Part shown: positions 54,053 to 64,000 of the stretch, piece after piece | Position numbering within the stretch: position 1 is the stretch's first letter | Layout: each line of letters begins with the position of its first letter | Assembly (NCBI GenBank): GCA_963837175.1 | Contig: CAWIMJ010000057.1 | Coordinates: 128,001-192,000, forward strand | Reading direction: 5' to 3' | Length of the DNA: 64,000 nt | From: an uncultured Nitrososphaeraceae archaeon | GTDB lineage: Archaea > Thermoproteota > Nitrososphaeria > Nitrososphaerales > Nitrososphaeraceae | The notes under the pieces: generated by a model | Told to the model about the DNA's origin: nothing | What the model saw: only the letters and a program-made list of their open reading frames with translations | The model's database searches: none | Program-made: the position numbers and the translations under genes

Positions 54053-54370
54053 ATGACAGAATGGATTAAGGTATGCGAGGAAAATTCACTCAAAAATGGA
54101 GATTTGCTAGATTTTGATTATAAAGATAAGAAAATACTTATAACTAAAGCAGGAGATGAGGTTTTCGCTACAGATAGAATATGCACTCATGCATACGCCG
54201 ATCTCTCTACTGGATTTATGAACGTAGCCGAAAGGACAATTACCTGTCCTTTGCATATGTCTATCTTCAAATTAGAGGATGGTGTTCCGCAGAATCTCCC
54301 GGCAGAACAACCATTGAAAATATATCCACTCAAGATAGAACAAAATTGGATCTGTATTTTTATAGAATAA
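54053..54370 (+). CDS. Rieske [2Fe-2S] ferredoxin
   Basis: CTH...CPLH motifs. Confidence 0.93.
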   Translation: MTEWIKVCEENSLKNGDLLDFDYKDKKILITKAGDEVFATDRICTHAYADLSTGFMNVAERTITCPLHMSIFKLEDGVPQNLPAEQPLKIYPLKIEQNWICIFIE

Positions 54371-54490
54371 TGCATAATCTCTACATTGATCACATATGGG
54401 TTTATTTTTCCACAAAGATATTATTAATCCACGATACATTTTGCTTGGCATCTATATTATCAGAATAGATATATATTTTTATTATAACAA

Positions 54491-54907
54491 GTGCAATGCA
54501 TGTCTAAGCACGAACTATCTCTTGAAGATGCTCAAAGAAATAGAGAGAAATGTCGTAAGATCCTTGATTTATCAATAAAGATACGGTATGTTGCAGTAGT
54601 AAACAAATTCGGCAGAACTTTGGCTGGACAGTTACGTATTGGAATAATACCATTATTGCAAGCCGATGAAGTCAGAAATGAGTGTTTTATAGAGGCAACA
54701 AGGTTTCAGCTACGAAAAAACTTCGAATCTTCCATAGGAAAAACTGAATTTACTCTAACCGAAAATGCAAAGGTCAAAACTCTCACTTTAGCCAATCATA
54801 ATAATAATAATTATTATTATATCACAATAGAGAAAGATACAATAGAGCCCGATCTCGAAAATATCATAAAATCTGTCATGACATTCCTAATCAATCTGAA
54901 TGATTAA
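54491..54907 (+). CDS. Roadblock/profilin-like small protein (DUF6659-like)
   Basis: IRYVAVVNKFGRTLAG..R.GIIPLL, R..FESSIGKTEF pattern typical of this thaumarchaeal family; start may be ATG 54500. Confidence 0.6.
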   Translation: MQCMSKHELSLEDAQRNREKCRKILDLSIKIRYVAVVNKFGRTLAGQLRIGIIPLLQADEVRNECFIEATRFQLRKNFESSIGKTEFTLTENAKVKTLTLANHNNNNYYYITIEKDTIEPDLENIIKSVMTFLINLND

Positions 54908-55000
54908 ATTATTGTCTAATATTTAATACTTAGATTTTATGTATATTGACTTATATCTTGAGGAGGCAGGCCTATACCATATTTTAGTAGGAAGAGATTT

Positions 55001-55459
55001 TTATTTTGCAAAAGCCTTGAGCTTGCCACGCATTTCCTTATCTTTGGAAATAGATGGATGATTTGGATATGCGAGTACTATTTCATACCAAAGATACATT
55101 CCATCTTTGTACAAATAGTAAGAACCTAATACTTCCAAGTTTGGAAATATTTCGTTGACTCTTCTTTCTGCCACTTTTCGCATACTTATTCCCTGTTTAA
55201 TATGAACTACACCAATATGTTTAGGTCGCCTACCTGCTACAGGCCTCTGCTTTCTCATTCCACCTCTTCCTACTCTTGCACGAACTACAATGATACCTTG
55301 TTTAGCTTTATAACCTAACCTACGAGCGCGATCAATTCTACTTGGTCTTCGAATTTTAATAATGGCCGGCTCTCCTCTCCAAAGAACAGCTTTGGACTTT
55401 AGTTCATCACTATTTAACTTCCACATATTTGTCCAGGTATCAGCCATATAACTTCGCAT
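55001..55459 (-). CDS. rpl15e: 50S ribosomal protein L15e (short form)
   Basis: RIDRARRLGYKAKQG, RVGRGG, GRRPK, VAERR, NLEVLGSY. Confidence 0.96.
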   Translation of the reverse strand: MRSYMADTWTNMWKLNSDELKSKAVLWRGEPAIIKIRRPSRIDRARRLGYKAKQGIIVVRARVGRGGMRKQRPVAGRRPKHIGVVHIKQGISMRKVAERRVNEIFPNLEVLGSYYLYKDGMYLWYEIVLAYPNHPSISKDKEMRGKLKAFAK

Positions 55460-55797
55460 AGCAAATGGCTATTAAAGCGCCCTTAATATTTGTATATTGT
55501 GATCGTAATCGTAAAACTACTGTGATACTTTAGATATTTTATCATTGATGATAAGTATTTTCTGAGATTTAAGAAGTGTCAAAGTCCCCGTTGTTATTAT
55601 ATATGTCATTAATAAAAAAGCCTTCTTACGTTTGAATGAGTTAAGAAGTATATCATAATTATTAACTCCTACATTAACAGTAAGATTTCAAACCATTTAC
55701 TTTATATTAAATATCTCTTATTTTGTAATTCTGACTACAGAGTAGAAAAACGTAATGCTCAACATATTTTTTTAATAGCTTATTGATTTAGCTTGAT

Positions 55798-56754
55798 CTA
55801 AATAATACCACGAGTTATTTGTATAATTTTTTCTGCAATTACGATCGACGCGAGTTGCTGCGCCTCTTTTGTTTGGGCACCTATGTGCGGAGTACAAATC
55901 ACGTTTGGAAGGCCTATAAGAAGCTTATTTATTGGCGGTTCTGTTTCAAAAACATCCAATGCCGCACCAGCAATACTCCTATTCAATAGGGCGTTATAGA
56001 GAGCGTTTTCATCAATTATACCTCCACGTGAAGCATTAATTATATAAGCAGATGGTTTCATATTGGAGATTAGTTCTGAATTAAATAGATGCTTTGTTTC
56101 TTCTAATAGAGGAACATGGCAAGTAATAAAGTCGGAACTTTGGATCAATGTGTTGAGATCAGTTACAATTAAGCTGACTTCTTTGATATAATCGCGGTCT
56201 ATTGGATACGGGTCGTATCCGATTATATTCATTCTTAATCCTTTTGCAATACGTCCCACATTCCGACCTATATTTCCAACGCCAACAATACCAAGATATT
56301 TACCGCTTAGCTCTGTGCCCATTAAATCCTTCTTTATCCAATTTCCTCTCTTCATTTCATTGTCTGCATAAGGAATACTTCGAGCAAGAGATATCATATT
56401 ACCTATAGTAAGTTCTGATACGGCGGTGATGGCTGCCTCAGGCGCATTGATAACTCGAATTCCTTTCTCTTCTGCTGCGGATACGTCTATATTATCAAGA
56501 CCTACTCCTGCCCTCGCTATAATTTTTGCCTTAGTTGCTGCTTGAATAACTTGTCTAGTGATTTTGGTTCGACTTCTAACTATAATGACTTGATACTCTT
56601 TAACAATAGCGAGTAATTCGTCTGTTAAGATGTTGGGTTTGTAATCAACTTTCATGGATGCTTTTTTTAAAATGTCAATTCCTGTCTGATTGATCGAATC
56701 ACAAATAAGAACACTTCCGCTTACTTGCACACTCGTTGGGCAATGGTGTAGCAA
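55798..56754 (-). CDS. D-2-hydroxyacid dehydrogenase (phosphoglycerate dehydrogenase-like, no ACT domain)
   Basis: RAGVGLDNID, GVGNIG, INASRG, ALDVF, TPHIGAQT; true start probably a little downstream. Confidence 0.92.
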   Translation of the reverse strand: MLHHCPTSVQVSGSVLICDSINQTGIDILKKASMKVDYKPNILTDELLAIVKEYQVIIVRSRTKITRQVIQAATKAKIIARAGVGLDNIDVSAAEEKGIRVINAPEAAITAVSELTIGNMISLARSIPYADNEMKRGNWIKKDLMGTELSGKYLGIVGVGNIGRNVGRIAKGLRMNIIGYDPYPIDRDYIKEVSLIVTDLNTLIQSSDFITCHVPLLEETKHLFNSELISNMKPSAYIINASRGGIIDENALYNALLNRSIAGAALDVFETEPPINKLLIGLPNVICTPHIGAQTKEAQQLASIVIAEKIIQITRGII

Positions 56755-57437
56755 TATAATTATTACTAGTAAAGCTTTCTATATTGTGAGAAATTATGAC
56801 AAACTAATTATCCAATTCTTACTTATAAAGAGAACGTTTTTGTTAAATTTTAATTTGGACCTCTTAAATTAGAAGTAGATACAAAAAATAAATACGAGTA
56901 GGTATTACTCGATACTAATATTCTCTAATTTAATTAATCTGTTATTAGCTTGTAATTGCATTCTCTAGAATGGTCATTAATTCAGAATAATATTAAAAGA
57001 TATTTAATTTTATTAGATATTGTTTGTACTGTTGAGATAGATGTGAATTATCTAATGGTTCAAAGGTAGTGCATATCTAAAAATTAAGTCGGTATAACTA
57101 TTATAGCAATGTAAGGGAGTAAAGCTTAGAGATAGAATGGGTTGACTAGATAGCGATCTTCAAAGTTGATATTAACAACAACATCACCGAAAATACTATC
57201 GAGTAAATAGAGACTATGATTAGGATGATGACTATTACATTACAATATATCAAGAAAAAGGGATGTTTGATAGATATACTGGACTTTGACTAATCCCGTT
57301 TTTCATTTTTATTTTATACAAATTAAAGAGAAGCATCTATATACAAAAGAAATTAAATTATGGTATTTGTAATCACAAAAATTATTTTATTATGAAAATT
57401 TATATGTATTTTTGGCTATACTCAAGCTTTGCCTATA

Positions 57438-57932
57438 TCATATGATTTCGGACCAATAACTTTCAGAATATTTATTTGAACCCTCTTCGCCTCCATTTAT
57501 TGGTTTATCATCTTTACTACCGATGAATTTAGCTGAACTAACATTTGCCATCGTCACTTCGAATATACCCGTGTCTCCTTTTTCTAATTTATTCAATCTC
57601 TTATTCATTTCTGCTGCTATTACGTCCTTTGGTAGACCGTTATGACTCATCTGATTATGTGCTTCGATCATTAATTTGAGAGCATCATCTATAGAAATTC
57701 TATCTTCTTCATAAGATGAAGATATTCTTCTACAAATTGCATTGGCCTGCGTGTAAATTTGCTTATGTTCGCATTGGGTATTTTTCTTTATCATATTTCT
57801 AAGCATAGCACGCCTCTTTAAGTTTATTATTACCAATTTGTTGTATCGCTTTCGAAGAGCAGTATTATTATTTGCTAACTGGTTACCTCTAGAGGAAGGT
57901 ATGATATGCGATTTTCGATTCATTGAGATCAA
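57438..57932 (-). CDS. Hypothetical protein
   Basis: 164-aa ORF, no recognised motif; start uncertain. Confidence 0.45.
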   Translation of the reverse strand: MISMNRKSHIIPSSRGNQLANNNTALRKRYNKLVIINLKRRAMLRNMIKKNTQCEHKQIYTQANAICRRISSSYEEDRISIDDALKLMIEAHNQMSHNGLPKDVIAAEMNKRLNKLEKGDTGIFEVTMANVSSAKFIGSKDDKPINGGEEGSNKYSESYWSEII

Positions 57933-58027
57933 TTTTTGATAGGATGCTTTTGATATATTGGTTTTAGTATTCCAATTGTGAAATTTCTTATTACTATTAT
58001 AATGATATATAGTTGACGTTTTTTCAA

Positions 58028-58489
58028 TTAGAATTTTGATTTTGATATGATCTCACCGGTTACGTGGTCCACATAATATCTCTTCTGGTTTTGTTTATTT
58101 TTAACTTCCCAGGCAAAATGATTTCCAGTGGTAACTGTAGGCTCTGTAGTAGCAAGATATCGTCCTATTGAATTTGAAGAAATGTCAGATTTATAGATAG
58201 TTCCATCTCCTTTAATATATACATAATTTGTTGAAAAGTCATTTAACTTATTCTGCGTTAAGTTTTCTTGTTTAAGTATAATTGAGACTGCAGTCTGTGA
58301 GGAAATTGGTAATTGATTCAGTGAAGGTCGAGTTAAGGAATCTTGTAATGCTAAGTATGTTAACAGCATCACTCCTACACCAACCGATATTGACACAATC
58401 ATTTTCTTGTTTACCATTGTTCGATATATATGTGATAAATATGCTTTATCAAATATTGTTATGTTGTTAGTTTGCGATGAGAATGACAA
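58028..58489 (-). CDS. Membrane-anchored protein with PepSY-like C-terminus
   Basis: TM segment, ISSQTAVSI, AWEV...YYVDHVTGEII; probable start at MVNKK. Confidence 0.65.
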   Translation of the reverse strand: MSFSSQTNNITIFDKAYLSHIYRTMVNKKMIVSISVGVGVMLLTYLALQDSLTRPSLNQLPISSQTAVSIILKQENLTQNKLNDFSTNYVYIKGDGTIYKSDISSNSIGRYLATTEPTVTTGNHFAWEVKNKQNQKRYYVDHVTGEIISKSKF

Positions 58490-58749
58490 ATAGTTCTTAA
58501 AAAGCTAAGACTGACCTACAAATCTGTTACTGCCTTTTAAAAAGAAAAAAATTTCTCATGATGGTATTTATGTTTCTCCTATAGTGGGATATTTCCAATA
58601 TGTTGTTTTATTACTTGCATGTTATCACCGATTTTTTCCATCCATCTTAATAGATGAATCTTTGATATCTTTCAAAAGTGATGTTCATCGCTATATTTTA
58701 TGAAAGGTTATTTAAAATAGTATAAATTAGATGAAACAACATTTATATG

Positions 58750-60156
58750 TCAAGGAGATTTTAAGCCAATAATATTTTCCTGAGAAAGAGCCTTATCAAT
58801 TTCTTCTTCTTTCATCAAACCCGTGCTTAAAACTAATTCTTTTATAGTCTTATTTGCTTTTGATGATTCCTTATATATTTCTGCCGCATTTTTATAACCA
58901 ATATACGGAGTTAGCAGTGTAACAAGTATTGGGCTTTTTTCTACATATGACTCCAATTTTTTCCTATTATCCTTTAAACCATCAATCATATTGGACGCGA
59001 AAATAGGAAGGAAGTTCTTCAGCATATCTGTCGAATCCAAAACACATTTTAACATTCCCGGTAGCATTACATTGAGCTCAAATTGTCCAGCTTGTGCGGC
59101 CATTGCCACGGAAACATCATTACCTACTATATTAAAGCAAATCATATTAAGACATTCAGCAAGAGAAGGATTGACTTTTCCTGGCATAATAGAAGAACCT
59201 GCATGAACTGCAGGTATCAGGATTTCTGCAAAACCAACAATTGGCCCTGAGGCCATCAATCTTAAATCATTTGCCATTTTGATCAGCTCTAATGCGAGAT
59301 TGCGAAGAGCAGAGGAGCAGTTAGCTATATCATATTTGCTCTGTAAAGAGTAATACATATTTGGAGATGGTTTCAACTCTAAGTGGGAAGTTTTAGAAAG
59401 ATAATCTATAGCCATCTCCTTATACCCCTTAGGAGCGTTAACCCCAGTCCCAACCGCGGTAGCTCCAAGTCCGACGTATTGCAAATCCTCTATGACTTTA
59501 ATTATCTTTTGTTTTGACTGTCCTAGGGAATAAGCATATTCTTGAAATTCACTTCCAAGTGTTACAGGTATGGCATCCATCAAATGAGTTCTACCAATCT
59601 TTATTATATTGCGGAACTCTTCTGCTTTATTAAATAATGATTGAATGAGTTTATCGAGCGCTGATACAGCCTCCTTGATGTTAAATAGGATGGCCACATG
59701 CATTGCTGTTGGAAAAGTATCATTGCTCGACTGTGACATATTGACATGGTCGTTTGGATTGATTACTTCATATTCTCCTTTTTTATTTCCTAAAATTTCC
59801 AATGCTCTGTTTGCAATTACTTCATTTGAATTCATATTAAATGCAGTTCCTGCTCCTGAATTTATCGATTCAACAACGAACTGATCAATTAATTTGCCTG
59901 AGAGAATCTCTTCACAAGCTCTTATAATTGCATCTGCCTTAGTTATATCAAGAACATGGAGCGCTTTATTAGCTTGCGCCGCCGACATCTTAATCATTGC
60001 ATATGCCTTGATAAGATTTAGGTGCGCTCTCTGACCAGTAACCTTATAATGCTTCATAGCTCGTGCTGTAAACGGACCAAAATAAGCATCTATTGGAACC
60101 CTTATCTCGCCTAATGAATCGGTATCAATTCTAAAACCTGACATCTCGCTGGCCAC
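58750..60156 (-). CDS. Class II fumarase / aspartate ammonia-lyase
   Basis: GAGTAFNMN, HVNMSQSSND, GRTHLMDA, GSSIMPGKVNP. Confidence 0.93.
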   Translation of the reverse strand: MASEMSGFRIDTDSLGEIRVPIDAYFGPFTARAMKHYKVTGQRAHLNLIKAYAMIKMSAAQANKALHVLDITKADAIIRACEEILSGKLIDQFVVESINSGAGTAFNMNSNEVIANRALEILGNKKGEYEVINPNDHVNMSQSSNDTFPTAMHVAILFNIKEAVSALDKLIQSLFNKAEEFRNIIKIGRTHLMDAIPVTLGSEFQEYAYSLGQSKQKIIKVIEDLQYVGLGATAVGTGVNAPKGYKEMAIDYLSKTSHLELKPSPNMYYSLQSKYDIANCSSALRNLALELIKMANDLRLMASGPIVGFAEILIPAVHAGSSIMPGKVNPSLAECLNMICFNIVGNDVSVAMAAQAGQFELNVMLPGMLKCVLDSTDMLKNFLPIFASNMIDGLKDNRKKLESYVEKSPILVTLLTPYIGYKNAAEIYKESSKANKTIKELVLSTGLMKEEEIDKALSQENIIGLKSP

Positions 60157-60639
60157 TAGTGACGAATCATTAATAAATCAATCGACAGCTATTGTTTTCC
60201 ATATGCTTGCTTAACCTTCGCCTTTGGTTATGAATAACAAATCACAATTTCGGTGCTTGCTTTTCAATAACTATTATGGATGAGTACAAAACAGTCAATG
60301 GTGATAATACTTTCACCTGACTTTTTTTTGATGTCATCAGTTACAGTCTCTTCCAATAGCTTATCAGCCAGTTTGGTTTAAGCGTATCTGAATCCTCACA
60401 ATCTATCTAGTATTGTAATTTTATTAATGAATTCACTGCTTTTCCATCTTAATGCTTTGGCAAAGAGGTGAGCAATTTTGTATATCAAAAAATGTCGGCA
60501 TTGTCTATAGATATCACTTTATTCTCGATAGTTACTTTTAAGGCGGTGCACATGGATGGATAACCTTTAATTATTCTTGTTTTGTTGTAATAGATTCCAA
60601 TATTTGGATCAAATCAGCATTTATTTATCAACAATAACT

Positions 60640-61331
60640 GGCTCTGTTCACTTAACAATAAATCTATAGCTCAAGACGCTCCACTTCCTTGTTATATGGT
60701 TATATTAGAAAGAAGTAGAACGCCTTCAAAATATGTTTATTATGCATTACACTTATACTTTTCAGGTCTTTCACTAAGGAAAACATCCCAAAATCTAGCT
60801 CCATTTATTAAAAGAAATCATGTCTCTATATGGAATTGGATTCAGCGGTACAGACCAGAAAAAATATTTCAAAAGAAAAGTATCAGAGTATCTGAATTCA
60901 TTATAGATGAAACTCTAGTTAAAGCAGGTAATGAATACGTATGGCTATGGATTGCAATTGAACCATTAGATAGGAAAATCCTGGGTATTCGTATTTCATA
61001 TAGAAAGAAACATGCTTATTGCAGAACAATTCCTTCAGAATTTAATTAGAAAATATGGAAAACATAGAATATCAACCGACGGTAGTGGTACTTGGTATCA
61101 ACCTCAAGCCTGCAAATTCCTGAATATGAATCATCATCTTTATTCCTCATATGAGAAAAGCATCATCGAAAGAACAATTCAATACATAAAGGATAGAACT
61201 GAAAGTTTTGATGATTATTTTCCATGTACTAAAGAGAAATGTAAATTAAAGCATATAATGAATTGGTTTAATATGTTTGTTAATATGCATAACAAGGAGA
61301 TTGAAAAAAGATTGTAGTTAACTGAAGAGCC
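60640..61331 (+). mobile_element. IS6-family insertion sequence; transposase 60696-61317 with one +1 frameshift
   Basis: Ends GGCTCTGTTCACTT / AGTTAACTGAAGAGCC; perfect 8-bp TSD CAATAACT (60632-60639, 61332-61339); SGLSLRK, HVSIWNWIQ, IDET, TDG, IERTIQYIKDRTE motifs. Confidence 0.93.
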
Positions 61332-61871
61332 CAATAACTAGACCAAATGCTTAATTATCAATATAGAACAGGTGTGTATTTGAAGAAAGGAAGTGAGCAA
61401 AGTTATACTATCTGACAAAAAAGGAATACGACAAATAATAATATTTGACGACAGGAATAGCGATGTATTTAGTCAGATGGAGAACAAAATGCTAAAAGAC
61501 TGTAATAGCGGAATTATAGTAAAACAATGGATTATGGATGAATATACAGAAAGCTAACTTATCTTACAACCCTTGAATAAAACGTCATAGTTTATTTTAT
61601 GGTAGACTTAATCGCTCTCGCAGATCTATAGCTTAAAAAATAGTATGGATAATGAAACCCAGAATTTTAACTTCAATATATTTGAATGAATAAAGTCTTC
61701 CTAAAGGCTGTTAAGCATTATAATATTTTTTTGCAATCATCACAACTATATATTCTCTAGACGCACTGACTCCATCTACAGTCAGATTTATATTTTTGAG
61801 GTTATTTTTACATGAAAATTATAATGCATTTATAAACCACTAGTTTAATCTACTATAAACAATAGGTCTAC

Positions 61872-61900
61872 ATATATATATATCCCGCCTTTATAAAGGC
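61872..61900 (+). promoter_or_regulatory. tbp promoter: (AT)6 TATA element plus perfect palindrome GCCTTTATAAAGGC
   Basis: atatatatatat 61872-61883; palindrome 61887-61900; ATG at 61909. Confidence 0.6.
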
Positions 61901-61908
61901 ATTTTAGT

Positions 61909-62472
61909 ATGCCACAAACTAAGCCTATAGTAAGCATAGAGAACGTCGTTGCTTCTGCGACTATAAATCAAACGGTAAACTTAAACTTAATCACTCAGAT
62001 TTTTCCTGACGTTGAATATCATCCGGATCAATTTCCGGGGCTCGTTTTTAGGTTGAAATCACCTAAGACGGCGACTCTAATTTTTAGTTCTGGCAAGATG
62101 GTATGTACGGGAGCAAAGTCTGAAGAGCAAGCCATCAAAGCAGTAAAAAATGTTGTTGTAAAATTAAAAAAGGGAGGCATCCCAATACAACACGAACCGC
62201 AAATAGAAATCCAAAATATCGTCGCCTCTGCGAGCCTCGGTGGAAAAATCCACCTTGAGCTAGCCGCAAGGGTTCTTCCTCGGAGTATGTATGAGCCTGA
62301 ACAGTTCCCCGGTCTAATACATAGAATGCTAGATCCCAAGACAGTAATATTGTTGTTTGCTAGTGGTAAGTTAGTTTGCACCGGAGCGAAAAAAGAAACC
62401 GAGGTATATAGAGCTGTCCATAATCTTCATACATTGTTAGAAGAGAAAAATTTAATGATTTATGAAGGTTAA
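61909..62472 (+). CDS. tbp: TATA-box-binding protein
   Basis: Two repeats ENVVAS..YHPDQFPGL..LIFSSGKMVCTGAK / QNIVAS..YEPEQFPGL..LFASGKLVCTGAK. Confidence 0.98.
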   Translation: MPQTKPIVSIENVVASATINQTVNLNLITQIFPDVEYHPDQFPGLVFRLKSPKTATLIFSSGKMVCTGAKSEEQAIKAVKNVVVKLKKGGIPIQHEPQIEIQNIVASASLGGKIHLELAARVLPRSMYEPEQFPGLIHRMLDPKTVILLFASGKLVCTGAKKETEVYRAVHNLHTLLEEKNLMIYEG

Positions 62473-63098
62473 TCTGTTTCCAATTCTCGGTCTACTTCTC
62501 TTTGATTTATTATTTCCTCTAGCGTACTTCCCTCCAATAGACCTTTATCATGCAAAACATTAACTAACTCATTAATCGTCGCTATCGAAATAATTCTCAC
62601 GCCTATATTCTGTAAGTTCTCTTCTGCTCCTTCAAGCCTACTAATAATTGCAACTACATCTTTAACAACAGCGCCATTCTCTCTTATGACTCTGATGGCA
62701 TTACTCAACGAGGTTCCTGTTGTTGCCACGTCGTCAATTAATAACACTTTTTCGCCGGGTCTTAAATATCCTTCTACCATTTTACTTCTGCCATAAGGTT
62801 TTGATTCTTTTCTAACATAAACAAGTGGTTTTTGCATTTCATAACCTAGTGCAGAGGCAAATATTAGTCCAGATGTTGGAATGGAACCAAGGGAACCAAA
62901 ATCTGTACCAATTTCTTTGTTTATAGTGTCTCGCAATGCAATTATAGCAAGACGGAAATAGTTAGGGAAGCTTTGTAAGATTCTTAGATCAATATAGTAA
63001 GGGCTTTGCTTTCCACTTGCTAATGTAAATAGTCCAAATTTTAATGAATTGGTTTTAAGAAGAAATAATGCCATTTCTGAAACAAAATTAGTCTCCAC
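62469..63098 (-). CDS. pyrE: Orotate phosphoribosyltransferase
   Basis: FGLFTLASGKQSPYYIDLR, YVRKESK, LIDDVATTGTS. Confidence 0.95.
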   Translation of the reverse strand: METNFVSEMALFLLKTNSLKFGLFTLASGKQSPYYIDLRILQSFPNYFRLAIIALRDTINKEIGTDFGSLGSIPTSGLIFASALGYEMQKPLVYVRKESKPYGRSKMVEGYLRPGEKVLLIDDVATTGTSLSNAIRVIRENGAVVKDVVAIISRLEGAEENLQNIGVRIISIATINELVNVLHDKGLLEGSTLEEIINQREVDRELETD

Positions 63099-63150
63099 GC
63101 TGTCTTTTGTTATGAAAGAGATTTATTTTAACTGATCATCAATTACTGGC

Positions 63151-64000
63151 ATGCCAGAAATTTGGTTCAAATACGGTACTACGGATATTGTTCTTGATAT
63201 TAAATTTGAAAATCTGCTTAAACATGTGTCATCGGACTATCCGTTGCTAACTGAGGACGAAATTAAATCGGCATTAAAAGATGTCATAATAGGAGAAAAT
63301 ACAATATTTTTGGTGTTATCTGGTTCTAGGGCTATTGCTAAAATCATTACAATACTTTCTCAAATGGCACAGTCTAAAGGTTACGAAAAGACAGCGGTAG
63401 AAGCTTTGTCGAATATCGCAGAACCACTAAGAAGCTACCTTGCAGATACAAAAATATCTTTAAGGCGAATTGATTCTCTCTCCTTACAAGACAGAATCGA
63501 TAAATTTCGAAATGTCATTTTTATCTCGCATGTAAATTATGATCCTCTATTCGGATTCAACGGTACTCCTACACTAGCATTACGAAATTTTATGAAGGAC
63601 AAGATGTATGAAGCATTCAAATCTAGACTAGGCAATCTCCCGGCAGTTGGAGTTAAAGGTACTCCACTTGAAATTGCACTAAGTTATTGCGAAGATATTC
63701 CTGCCTTATCTATTGAAGTTGTAGCAAATTATCATGGTATTGCGGGTATTTATTACGGAAATATTTCACAAAGCTTCAATGATGCAGTTACAAAACTGAG
63801 TGCGATTTCCATAACCAATACAGAATCGACCAAATCTGCAATTATTAGTGTGAGCAACGAAATCGTTCCACACTTAACTCTTGCAAACTCTCTAAATTCA
63901 TTATGGAATTCAAGCCACATAGTTAAAGAAGGTGGATCGATAGTATTGCTTGCTGAAAATAGACAAGGGATTGGTGGAGGAGCGTTACAAATGTTTATTG
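63151..64000 (+). CDS. LarA (lactate racemase)-like protein, divergent; runs off the window end
   Basis: Open frame from ATG 63151: MPEIWFKYGTTDIVLDI..., FISHVNYDPLFGFNG, IVKEGGSIVLLAENRQGIGGG resembling LarA N-terminal, mid and C-domain segments. Confidence 0.65.
   Translation, partial: MPEIWFKYGTTDIVLDIKFENLLKHVSSDYPLLTEDEIKSALKDVIIGENTIFLVLSGSRAIAKIITILSQMAQSKGYEKTAVEALSNIAEPLRSYLADTKISLRRIDSLSLQDRIDKFRNVIFISHVNYDPLFGFNGTPTLALRNFMKDKMYEAFKSRLGNLPAVGVKGTPLEIALSYCEDIPALSIEVVANYHGIAGIYYGNISQSFNDAVTKLSAISITNTESTKSAIISVSNEIVPHLTLANSLNSLWNSSHIVKEGGSIVLLAENRQGIGGGALQMFI

Overview
AT-rich archaeal chromosomal segment, most likely a soil-type ammonia-oxidising archaeon (Nitrososphaerota, probably Nitrososphaeraceae). 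The assignment rests on archaeal r-proteins, Cbf5, RadA, TBP and Rpo4, a short L15e, and lineage-typical integrase/IS6 remnants. Most of the window is housekeeping: the distal spc cluster (larB-rpl18-rps5-rpl30-rpl15-secY-adk-EMC3/TMCO1-cmk-cbf5), intron-containing tRNA-Ser(GGA), lipid genes (geranylgeranyl reductase and a probable GDGT ring synthase-like radical SAM enzyme), glmS, rpl40e, the radA-rpl21e-rpo4-DUF655-rsmA cluster, a tetrapyrrole operon (sirC-hemA-hemB-hemL-hemC-cobA-hemD), sufB-sufD-Rieske, rpl15e, tbp and pyrE. Accessory content: a decayed island at 1-3.65 kb, two IS6 elements with 8-bp target duplications, a degraded LLM/F420 oxidoreductase, and a tandem-repeat secreted protein. 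Several conserved genes carry single +1 insertions, probably sequencing-consensus errors. I found no clear-cut new multi-gene system. The best leads are three unannotated Cys/His micro-proteins, a palindromic second TATA box in front of tbp (possible autoregulation), a LarA-like protein lacking the catalytic motif in a genome with larB, and the repeat surface protein. All family assignments are from motif recognition by eye; no searches were run.
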